From: an uncultured bacterium
GTDB taxonomy: Bacteria; Patescibacteriota; Minisyncoccia; CAIUEV01
Length of the DNA: 52,195 nucleotides
Assembly (NCBI GenBank): GCA_937952315.1
Contig: CALFZX010000050.1
Coordinates: 1 to 52,195, forward strand
Reading direction: 5' to 3'
This document shows positions 17,269 to 25,320 of the stretch, in pieces. Under the pieces are notes generated by a model that was not told where the DNA came from, did no database searches, and saw only the letters and a list, made by a program, of their open reading frames with translations. The stretch's first letter is position 1. Each line of letters starts with the position of its first letter. The position numbers were made by a program, and so were the translations under genes.

Positions 17269-17280
17269 TTTTTTTGGTTA

Positions 17281-18477
17281 ATGGATATTGATATCAACAA
17301 TTTTGTTAAATCGAAAGTAACTAGGAGCAAACAGAACCCTAATGAACAGGGAGCTATCGGCTCGGCCAGAATTTCGGAAACCCAAGGTTTTTTGTCGGAA
17401 AAAGACGCTATTGGGATATTGGGAAAATTGAGTTTTTATTTGAATAAGCCAAAAGAGAAAGAAATAGTAACTTTTATGCGTGAACTCGCTATTTTAGTTG
17501 AGGCGAGAGTCCCCCTGATCAGGGCTTTAGGATCCATTAGAAAGCAAAAGTATAGTGACGGTCTGTTAAACATGGTCGGAATGATCCAACAGAAAGTTGA
17601 AGGGGGAAAGTCTCTGTCCGAGGCTTTCGAACAATTCCCCTCTTATTTTCCACCCTTGTATGTTAATGTTGCCAGAGCGGGAGAAGCTTCCGGTCGTTTA
17701 GAAAAAGTTTTGAATTATCTGGCAGACAATCGAGAGAAAGCTTATGATTTAAAAAAGAAAATCACCGGTGCCATGATTTACCCGGGAGTAATCGGATTAA
17801 GCTTTGTTGCTGTCTTCATATTTCTAATGGTCTTTGTGATGCCCTCTCTCTCTAAAACATTAACTGAATCGGGGACAAAATTACCTTGGACGACAAAATT
17901 AATTCTTAGTATGAGTGCTTTTTTTACTTCTTATTGGCCATTTCTGCTTATTTTATTAATTATATTGGGTTTTGTATTTTTTTATTATGCTAAAACGGAG
18001 GAGGGTAAAAGGCAGATGGATATAGTGAAAATTAATACTCCGATTGTGGGTAGTTTATTGACTAAAATGTATATGAATCAGTTTGCAGACAACTTCGGAC
18101 TTTTATTAAAGGAGGGTGTTCCGATAACCAAATCGTTAGAAATTACGGCAAATATTATGGAGAATCATCTTTACCAAAATGTTCTGCTTGATTGTGTCAA
18201 AGAAGTTCAGAAGGGAAGAAATGTCAGTTCTACTTTAGAGTTGAGCCCTTATTTTCCCAATGTAGTTTCTCAAATTTTGCGCATTGGAGAAGAATCTGGA
18301 AGAACAAGCGAAACCCTGGTGAAAATTTCCGAGTATTACTCAAAAGAAGTGGACGAAATGACTAGAAATATGATGTCTCTGATCGAGCCGGTGTTGATAA
18401 TTTTTTTAGGCCTGGGGACGGCGGTAATTGTGGCTTCGGTTATCATGCCGATTTACAATATGGCCGGTAGTATGTAA
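17281..18477 (+). CDS. pilC: Type IV pilus platform protein PilC (T2SS F family)
   Basis: 398 aa with two T2SSF repeats and 3 TM segments. Confidence 0.85.
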   Translation: MDIDINNFVKSKVTRSKQNPNEQGAIGSARISETQGFLSEKDAIGILGKLSFYLNKPKEKEIVTFMRELAILVEARVPLIRALGSIRKQKYSDGLLNMVGMIQQKVEGGKSLSEAFEQFPSYFPPLYVNVARAGEASGRLEKVLNYLADNREKAYDLKKKITGAMIYPGVIGLSFVAVFIFLMVFVMPSLSKTLTESGTKLPWTTKLILSMSAFFTSYWPFLLILLIILGFVFFYYAKTEEGKRQMDIVKINTPIVGSLLTKMYMNQFADNFGLLLKEGVPITKSLEITANIMENHLYQNVLLDCVKEVQKGRNVSSTLELSPYFPNVVSQILRIGEESGRTSETLVKISEYYSKEVDEMTRNMMSLIEPVLIIFLGLGTAVIVASVIMPIYNMAGSM

Positions 18478-18588
18478 TTTTGAATTATTAAAAAAAAGTT
18501 ATAAAATCAAATTAAGTTTTTTTGGTTCTATTTTCTTAAAATATAAAAATAAAATGAAAATTGAAGAACTTGGAAGGGGGGTGGGAAT

Positions 18589-19164
18589 ATGAAAGCTAAA
18601 GCAAAGACCAAAAAGAAAGTGGCCAAGAAGGTAGCAAAGAAGAAGGTAGCAAAGAAGAAGACGACGAAAAAAAAAGTTGCTAAGAAACCGGTAAAAAAAG
18701 CGACCAAAAAAGTTGTTAAGAAGGCCGTCAAGAGAGTTTCTTCCAAGAAGAAGGTAGCAAAGAAAGCCAAAAAAAGAGGCTTTACCTTGATGGAGCTTTT
18801 GGTAGTGGTTGCCATTATCGGAATTTTAGCCGCGATCGTGTTGGTTTCGTTGAACAGTGCTCGAAACAAGGGTAAGAATGCAGCCATTAAATCACAAATG
18901 GTTTCCTTGCGTTCAGCCGGAGAGTTGCACAACGAAGATAACGGCAGTTTTGCCACCTTCTGTGCCTCAACGGAAGCCACTAATTTGTCAGCCGGAGTAA
19001 CTAATTCGGGGGGGTCATCCTTCGATTGTGATGCGACGGCCGATGCTTGGGCGGCGGAAGTCCAATTAGTGGGAACCGGTGCCGGCTTCTGGTGTGTTGA
19101 TTCAACGGGAGCTTCAAAAGCGGAAGCGGCTACCAAAGGTGGAACCGCAACAGTTTGTCCATAG
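18589..19164 (+). CDS. Type IV pilin with a 64-aa lysine-rich leader peptide
   Basis: It has a strong SD (ggaaggggggtggg) 4 nt before the ATG. The canonical class III signal KKRG|FTLMELLVVVAIIGILAAIV follows, with Glu at +5. No alternative start lies between M1 and the cleavage site. Confidence 0.8.
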   Translation: MKAKAKTKKKVAKKVAKKKVAKKKTTKKKVAKKPVKKATKKVVKKAVKRVSSKKKVAKKAKKRGFTLMELLVVVAIIGILAAIVLVSLNSARNKGKNAAIKSQMVSLRSAGELHNEDNGSFATFCASTEATNLSAGVTNSGGSSFDCDATADAWAAEVQLVGTGAGFWCVDSTGASKAEAATKGGTATVCP

Positions 19165-19206
19165 TTCGCTTTATTTTATGCGCATGCACATAAATAAGCG
19201 CAAGCA

Positions 19207-19241
19207 AAACAGTCCGGGGATTGTCTCCTCGGACTGTTTTT
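19207..19241 (+). terminator. Intrinsic terminator after pilin 1
   Basis: A 14-bp stem (one G-U pair) aaacagtccgggga/tcctcggactgttt, a 5-nt loop, then a T-run. It is flanked by an A-run, so it is potentially bidirectional. Confidence 0.7.
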
Positions 19242-19331
19242 GAAAAAATTTGACAATTTATAAATAAAAAAGAAAATAAAATCAGGTATTAAAAAATAGT
19301 GAATTATTATAATAATTTTTTTAAAAATAAA

Positions 19332-19910
19332 ATGAAAAAACAAATCAAAAAGAAGCCTTGTTGTAAAAAAACGACATGTTGTTGCGCTGGCAAAAAAAAG
19401 AAAGTCAAAAAAGGCTTTACGCTTATTGAGATGATGGTGGTTATAATCATCATCGGTATTTTATCCGCTTTTATAATCATGAGCGTGATAGGAGTCAGGC
19501 AGAAGGCGGCGGGCAGTCGAGCAACTGCTGAGATATCCCAGCTTAAAAGTATAGCGGAAATGGCTAACGCAGAAGGATGTACCCAACTTAATTTTATTTC
19601 AGTTAACAGTGGCGCCGGTATAAAAATTTCTTGTTCCGCCGGCTTGACGAAAGACTATACAACGGTTCAATCTTCTCCTACGGGAGCGACTTATACATTG
19701 CTTCTGGACGGGGCAGTTAAAACCATCAGTTCTACTTCGGGCGGAGCTTGGGCTTTCTCTGGAGCGGGATGTGCTTCAACCGGTTGTACTTTAGCTTTGA
19801 CATCTTCCCCTTTGTTCACCTTTACTGCTTCAGGCTTTGTTAGTGGAAATTATGTTTGTTCGCCTTCAGGCTGTAGTTGTACGGTGAATGGAGGGTGTAC
19901 AACCTTTTAA
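19332..19910 (+). CDS. Type IV pilin with a Cys- and Lys-rich leader
   Basis: The sequence begins MKKQIKKKPCCKKTTCCCAGKKKKVKKG|FTLIEMMVVIIIIGIL. The ORF track starts it at a GTG at 19299, so the start is uncertain. The C-terminus CSPSGCSCTVNGGC resembles that of pilin 3. Confidence 0.75.
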   Translation: MKKQIKKKPCCKKTTCCCAGKKKKVKKGFTLIEMMVVIIIIGILSAFIIMSVIGVRQKAAGSRATAEISQLKSIAEMANAEGCTQLNFISVNSGAGIKISCSAGLTKDYTTVQSSPTGATYTLLLDGAVKTISSTSGGAWAFSGAGCASTGCTLALTSSPLFTFTASGFVSGNYVCSPSGCSCTVNGGCTTF

Positions 19911-19931
19911 TTAAAAATAAAATAATAAAAA

Positions 19932-20453
19932 ATGCAAAATCGTAGACAAAAGGGGTTCACTTTGATTGAAATGTTAGTGGTCATTGTGATTATCGGGATT
20001 TTGGCGTCTTTGATTATTGTGAATGTCGCCGGAGGAAGAAGAAAAGCGTTAGCGACAAAAGCTAAGGCTGATGTAGAACAGGTCTATAAAGTTTTGAATT
20101 CAATGGCTAGCGAGGGGTGCCTGACGGTTTCGGTGGCAGCTACAAGCGGGAATATTACCTGTGCTAACCCAACTAGCACCAAAATACATGCAGTTATCCC
20201 TGAGCCACCTAACGGAATGACCTACACAGTCTCCATTGGAGCTGCAACTAACTTGGCTACTAATTTTAGTACAACAGCGGCTACAACCGGTTTCACGGGA
20301 GCTTCTCTTTCTGGCGCCGGTGGGATAAGAGTTCAAGCTAGTGGGGGTTTTAACCCTTCTGCTGAAAATTTTACTTGCAGCGATGGTGGCACTACAGCCC
20401 CCAGGCCCGGTTGCTATTGTTCAGTTGAAGGCGGTTGTAATGATACTTTATAG
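19932..20453 (+). CDS. Type IV pilin (conventional 8-aa leader)
   Basis: The sequence begins MQNRRQKG|FTLIEMLVVIVIIGILASLII. It has C-terminal Cys pairs (CYCSVEGGC). Confidence 0.85.
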   Translation: MQNRRQKGFTLIEMLVVIVIIGILASLIIVNVAGGRRKALATKAKADVEQVYKVLNSMASEGCLTVSVAATSGNITCANPTSTKIHAVIPEPPNGMTYTVSIGAATNLATNFSTTAATTGFTGASLSGAGGIRVQASGGFNPSAENFTCSDGGTTAPRPGCYCSVEGGCNDTL

Positions 20454-20484
20454 AAGTTTTAAAAGTTCTTTCTATTGTGTTAAT

Positions 20485-20513
20485 AAACGGGCTCCTTCGG
20501 GAGTCCGTTTTTG
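20485..20513 (+). terminator. Intrinsic terminator after pilin 3
   Basis: Stem acgggctcc/ggagtccgt with a UUCG tetraloop, followed by TTTTT. Confidence 0.75.
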
Positions 20514-20564
20514 GTTTGGTGACATGGAATCGTGGTAATTCGTGGAGGTATACTGTATATATCC

Positions 20565-20669
20565 GTATACGCGGTGTTGCATATCCGTTTGGGCGTATCG
20601 CAATGTGCCCAAAACATGTAGAGACGCTCTACAGGGCGTCTCTACATGTTTATCGGTGGGGCGCGGTGG
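20565..20669. repeat. GC-rich palindromic element, intergenic copy (between the pilin terminator and the rny stop)
   Basis: It has the degenerate palindrome gggcgtatcgcaatgtgccc (20591-20610). It also has a perfect 15-bp stem aacatgtagagacgc / gcgtctctacatgtt (20613-20627 / 20636-20650) with an 8-nt loop. The motif order and orientation match the copy at 6537-6588. Confidence 0.7.
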
Positions 20670-20680
20670 TTTTACAATTT

Positions 20681-22201
20681 TTATCTGGCGAATTCGGTGA
20701 CTCGGGTTTCGCGGATAATAACTACTTTGATTTCGCCCGGGTATTTTAAAGTCTCCTCAATCTTGTCGGCGATGCTACGAGCCAGTTTTACCGATTCCAG
20801 ATCGGAAATTTTATCGGGTGAGACGAAGACGCGCACTTCTCGTCCCGCTTGGATGGCGTAGGCTTTATCCACTTCGGGAAAGGATTTCGAGATATCTTCT
20901 ATTTCTTCAATGCGTTTGATGTAATTTTCAACGCTGTCGCGTCTGGCTCCCGGTCGAGCGGCGGATATAGCATCGGCGGAGGCAATGAGAGTAGCTTCCG
21001 GTGAAACAAAAGGATAATCACCGTGATGAGATTTCATGGCGTTGATGACAGCTTCGGAAATGCCGAATTTCTTCAAAATATTGATGCCGATTTCCACATG
21101 GGTGCCCTGGACTTCTCGGTCAATTGCCTTGCCGATATCGTGGAGTAATCCGGCTTTTTTGGCGACGGCAATGTCCAAACCTAACTCTGCAGCTAAAGCG
21201 CCGGCCAGGTGAGCTACTTCAATGGAATGCAATAAAATATTTTGGCCGTAACTGGTTCGATAACGCAGACGACCTAATAGTTTGACCAATCTCGGATCTA
21301 AACCGGGGATGCCCACTTCAAACATGGCGGCCTCTCCCGCTTCAGTGATTTTTTTATTGATTTGTTGTTTCACTTCTTTGATCGTTTCTTCGATTCGAGC
21401 GGGATGAATTCTACCGTCTTCGACCAATCTTTCCAGTGCCTGTTTGGCAATCTCACGACGAATCGGATCAAAGGCGGAGACAACAATGGCCTGCGGAGTG
21501 TCATCAACAATAATTTCTGCCCCCGTCAATCTTTCTATGGTGTTAATGTTTCGTCCTTCTCGTCCGATAATCCGACCCTTGAGGTCATCGGAGGCGATAG
21601 AAACGGTCGAGGTGGTGTGATCGACAACATGACCGGCGGCGTATCGTTGGATGGCCGAAGTCATAATATCTTTAGCTTTTTCTTCCAAAGAATCTTTTTT
21701 CCATTTTTCCAGATTTTTCAATTGCTGTTTGATGTCTTCCTCGTATTCTTTCTCGACTGATTTTAACAATAATTCTTTTGCCTTTTGGGGTGAAAGCTTG
21801 GTGATTTGTCTCAATTTTTCCAGTTCTTCCTTTCTTAAGTCCTTGACTTCCTCTTTGATTTTTTCAATTTGATTGACACGGTGGGTGATTCCGTCTTTCT
21901 CTCTTTTTAATTCGGCTTCTTTTCTGCTGATGCCTTCCTCCATTCTTTCCAACCGTTCCTCCATTTTATCGAGTTGCTTACGACGAATTTGCTCTTCTTT
22001 TTTGATCTCCGAGAGAGCTTTAACGGCTTTATCCTTGGCGGAAAGAACAATATCTTTAGCTTCGGAACGAGCGTCGTTGACAATTTGATCGGCCTTCTGC
22101 ACAGCGCCTTCTTTTTTCCGACGAACTAGAATATTTTGGACGAAATAACCACCCGCCCCACCCGCTCCAAGGGCGATAGCGAATATGATAAAACTTGTCA
22201 T
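20681..22201 (-). CDS. rny: Ribonuclease Y
   Basis: 506 aa with an N-terminal TM helix, a long charged coiled coil, the KH motif GRIIGREGRNI, and the HD domain LLHDIGK. Confidence 0.9.
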   Translation of the reverse strand: MTSFIIFAIALGAGGAGGYFVQNILVRRKKEGAVQKADQIVNDARSEAKDIVLSAKDKAVKALSEIKKEEQIRRKQLDKMEERLERMEEGISRKEAELKREKDGITHRVNQIEKIKEEVKDLRKEELEKLRQITKLSPQKAKELLLKSVEKEYEEDIKQQLKNLEKWKKDSLEEKAKDIMTSAIQRYAAGHVVDHTTSTVSIASDDLKGRIIGREGRNINTIERLTGAEIIVDDTPQAIVVSAFDPIRREIAKQALERLVEDGRIHPARIEETIKEVKQQINKKITEAGEAAMFEVGIPGLDPRLVKLLGRLRYRTSYGQNILLHSIEVAHLAGALAAELGLDIAVAKKAGLLHDIGKAIDREVQGTHVEIGINILKKFGISEAVINAMKSHHGDYPFVSPEATLIASADAISAARPGARRDSVENYIKRIEEIEDISKSFPEVDKAYAIQAGREVRVFVSPDKISDLESVKLARSIADKIEETLKYPGEIKVVIIRETRVTEFAR

Positions 22202-22229
22202 ATCTCAGTTTTAATAATTATAAAAGCCT

Positions 22230-22252
22230 GACTGCTTAATTTTATAGCAGTC
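22230..22252 (-). terminator. Weak hairpin downstream of the 310-aa gene
   Basis: A 7-bp stem gactgct/agcagtc with a 9-nt loop. A partial T-tract follows on the minus strand. Confidence 0.3.
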
Positions 22253-22276
22253 CAAAAGAGAAAAGTCAAAAGTTAG

Positions 22277-23209
22277 TTAGGGATTTTCCGTCTCCCTCTT
22301 TTTATGTTTTTGCTCGGTCGGGATTTGAAGACCGATTAATTCCGAAATAGAAACTTCGGTGTTGCCCAAAGAGCCACTGAAGGAATCTTTCCGCTGTTCG
22401 ATTTTTACAATTCCTACTTCTTTGACTACCCAAAAGTCGATAGTTTTTTCGGTGGACGGTTGATCTCCCTTTGTTGATTTTATTTGCAAAGAAACTTTTA
22501 CGCCGGGGTACTCGCCGATCGGAACTTTTATTCTCTCCGGTCCGATAATTTTCCAACCAACCTCTAATTTTTCTTGATAGACAGTTTTTTTCTCGTGATC
22601 GTCGGGATCGATAAAAACTCGCTCCAAACAACCCTCTTCCCAACGAATCGTGTTCTTGGGATTTTCCAACTCTTGTGCTTGCGGGAGCGTGAAATAAAAT
22701 TTATTTTCTTCACAAGGTTTGGTAACAACATTCTTCCATTCCGGTAAATCGAAGAAATTCAAATCATTCACTTCAACGATATGACTATCGCGACATCGGG
22801 CAAGGGTTCTGACGGTCCAGTTGTTTAAGCTTAAAGCTCTTCCGTCAATAAAATAATTTTCACCTTCCGGCGAAGGTATTCCCAATTCCAGAGTGTCTTT
22901 TTGATCTTTGGAAATGATTTGATAAATCCACTTGGCTCCCGGCAAAAAAGGAAAGAAATTATTTTGACAAAAAAGAGGAGCATCGGGCTGTTCAAATCGG
23001 TTTTTTAAACTTTCTCTTTTTTCTTTCTCGATAGAATCGATGGGTTTTTCTTCATCGCTCTTTATCTTCTTTAAATTTTGATAGCCTTCGATGGCTGTTT
23101 TCAAGACACCTTTTTGAGGAATATCGGTGTATTTAAAAAGAAAAAAAATCAATGCTATCACAAAAAACAACAAAATCCAATCTATTTTTTTGAATCGTAG
23201 GCCCACCAT
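22277..23209 (-). CDS. Hypothetical membrane-anchored protein
   Basis: 310 aa with an N-terminal TM helix. I recognise no family. Confidence 0.5.
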   Translation of the reverse strand: MVGLRFKKIDWILLFFVIALIFFLFKYTDIPQKGVLKTAIEGYQNLKKIKSDEEKPIDSIEKEKRESLKNRFEQPDAPLFCQNNFFPFLPGAKWIYQIISKDQKDTLELGIPSPEGENYFIDGRALSLNNWTVRTLARCRDSHIVEVNDLNFFDLPEWKNVVTKPCEENKFYFTLPQAQELENPKNTIRWEEGCLERVFIDPDDHEKKTVYQEKLEVGWKIIGPERIKVPIGEYPGVKVSLQIKSTKGDQPSTEKTIDFWVVKEVGIVKIEQRKDSFSGSLGNTEVSISELIGLQIPTEQKHKKRETENP

Positions 23210-23221
23210 ATTTAATAAAAA

Positions 23222-24823
23222 TTAAAAATCTTTTTCCTCCTGATCCAAACCTTGTTCAGTGAGGAAAAAATCCGATTCGTCCTTGCCAAAAACTTCGTCT
23301 ATGTTATCGCCCAAAATTACGACAAAATCTACAGAATAGTTTTCATCTTTGAAAAGAGACACTTCCGCCTTGAGACGGCGGGAAAGATCATCCAGGCTGA
23401 AAGGTTTTTGTCCGACGGCGTTATCATAAATGATCGTTTCTTTTAAGCCGGGCAGAGACAACTCAGTTTCTTTAATCGAATCTTGAAAGGATCGGTTTTC
23501 CTCCTTTAGTCCGTCTATTTTGTTTCGACGCCATAGCTTGACAGGATCGGGAGCGCCGTTCCCTGATGAAATAATTTGGTAACCTTCATTTTTGAGAATA
23601 TTATTGATTTTGCCGACTTGGGCGGAGAGACTCGGCTTGGCGGTGACAAAAACCGTTGCCGTTTCTTTTTTTCTTGACTCCTCCAGTTTTTTTATACGAT
23701 CCAGATTAAAGATATTGGCGGCCAGTTTTTTGATTTCAAAGTAATTGCCGGCGCGCGGTCTGAGTGTGTAGGCAACTACTCGACCGATAACGGGGTTGTA
23801 ATTTTCCAGTAAACCTTCCGGTGAGTTATCTAAAACTTTGTTGACAATATTATCCGAATTAAGATCTTTGAGGATAAAAATAAAGGGAAAATAGTCGGAG
23901 AAGGGGATGTCCGTTTTAACATTTTTTTCAACTACTTTTAACGATTCATTGAAAAAGTCTAGACTTTGTCTTAAATTTTTCTCAGCGAAGAATTTATTTT
24001 TTAACGCTTCAAGCACCTGTTGCTGTCTTCTGGCACGACCGAAGTCTCCGCCGGCATTGTGGCGAACGCGAACATACTTGAGTGCCGTTGCCCCGTCCAA
24101 ATGGTGTTGGCCCTTCTTTATTTCAAAAGTTTGGTAGCTGTAGTTCGGGCCGGGATAGCGGTTATCGTAAATATCTTCTTCGACGGAAATGTCGACGCCG
24201 GAGACCAAATCAACCATTTGCTCGAAGGCGGAAAAGTTAACCATTGCATAGTAGTCGACTTTTTGGCCCGTTACTTCAGTGACAGTTTGCTTCAGGAGCT
24301 CGATACCTTTTTCGTGACCGCCGGTTTTCAGACCGTGAACATAGATAGCGTTAATTTTGGTTGAAGTTTTTGTGCCGGGAACTTTGACAAAAAGATCTCT
24401 CGGAATTGAAAGAAGAGAGCAAGTATAGGAAGTGGGGTTCAGACTGGCCAGGATAATTGTGTCGGTGAGATCACTGCCCGGATAACCGGGAACTGCTCGG
24501 CCTAAAAGCAAAATATTGATTCTTTCGCGGGTGCCTCTTTCCGGCATAAATTTTTCTTTGGCATAATCGAAAAGACTCATTTTTTCTTTAATTTCTTTTT
24601 TGGTTTCTTCATCCAGATAAGAACCTTCATCCATTAATGCAGGATCAAAATAAGTTTCCTCAACGGGAGGCGCCGTTGTCTCGTAAGCCGTTGTTTCGGT
24701 GGTTATAATTTTGGAAAGTTGCCAAAATTTATTAAAAAAATAACCGCCGATCGCGACTAGCACAGAAATAGGAAAAATCACAGCCAAAAAGACAATTATT
24801 TTTTTTCGACCGATTGGAGCCAT
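23222..24823 (-). CDS. LytR-CpsA-Psr (LCP) family glycopolymer transferase with C-terminal LytR_C-like domain
   Basis: 533 aa with an N-terminal TM helix. RINILLLGRA...SDLTDTIILASLNP...LLSIPRDL is the LCP core. Confidence 0.8.
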   Translation of the reverse strand: MAPIGRKKIIVFLAVIFPISVLVAIGGYFFNKFWQLSKIITTETTAYETTAPPVEETYFDPALMDEGSYLDEETKKEIKEKMSLFDYAKEKFMPERGTRERINILLLGRAVPGYPGSDLTDTIILASLNPTSYTCSLLSIPRDLFVKVPGTKTSTKINAIYVHGLKTGGHEKGIELLKQTVTEVTGQKVDYYAMVNFSAFEQMVDLVSGVDISVEEDIYDNRYPGPNYSYQTFEIKKGQHHLDGATALKYVRVRHNAGGDFGRARRQQQVLEALKNKFFAEKNLRQSLDFFNESLKVVEKNVKTDIPFSDYFPFIFILKDLNSDNIVNKVLDNSPEGLLENYNPVIGRVVAYTLRPRAGNYFEIKKLAANIFNLDRIKKLEESRKKETATVFVTAKPSLSAQVGKINNILKNEGYQIISSGNGAPDPVKLWRRNKIDGLKEENRSFQDSIKETELSLPGLKETIIYDNAVGQKPFSLDDLSRRLKAEVSLFKDENYSVDFVVILGDNIDEVFGKDESDFFLTEQGLDQEEKDF

Positions 24824-24850
24824 AAAAAATTATTTGAATTTATTTTCTTT

Positions 24851-25291
24851 TTATCGTTTCTTTTTTCTTTCAATGATTTTTAATTTGGCAATTTCTCGTT
24901 GAAGCGAAGTCTCCCAAAGAGCGAATTCCCTTTTTCCCGCGCCGGCTTTTTTCGCCTTCTCAATCATTTGCTCCGCCGTTTTTTTCGCCTGCTCGATTTT
25001 GCTTCGGTCTAATTCTTCCACCCGATCGGCCATAGAGACTAGCAGTCGGACAAAATTATCTTTTATTTCCACGATGCCCTCGCTGACGGCCATCAGTCGG
25101 GTGCTGTCTTTACCTTTTTCCGTTATTTTGGCCTCCCCCGGTGCAATGGAAGCGACTAAAGGGGCATGATCGGGAAGAACGGTAATTTCTCCTTTGGAAG
25201 TTAAAATATTCAGCTTTAAAACGGCCTGTTGATAAATAATTCGATCGGGAGTGACCATTTGTAGAATAAAACTTTTCTCTCCGCTTGCCAT
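24851..25291 (-). CDS. atpC: F-type ATP synthase epsilon subunit
   Basis: 146 aa. VTPDRIIY...GEITVLPDHAPLVASIAPGE...AVSEGIVEI matches the epsilon beta-sandwich, and a helical C-terminus follows. Confidence 0.75.
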   Translation of the reverse strand: MASGEKSFILQMVTPDRIIYQQAVLKLNILTSKGEITVLPDHAPLVASIAPGEAKITEKGKDSTRLMAVSEGIVEIKDNFVRLLVSMADRVEELDRSKIEQAKKTAEQMIEKAKKAGAGKREFALWETSLQREIAKLKIIERKKKR

Positions 25292-25320
25292 CTCAAAAAT
25301 GAAAAATTAAAAAAGATCTT

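Noticed and set aside
18528-19136. 202-aa minus-strand ORF opposite pilin 1
   Set aside because: It is the antisense shadow of the Lys-rich leader: AAG/AAA codons read as F/L-rich on the other strand. It has no motifs. The plus-strand pilin has a strong SD and a canonical class III signal.
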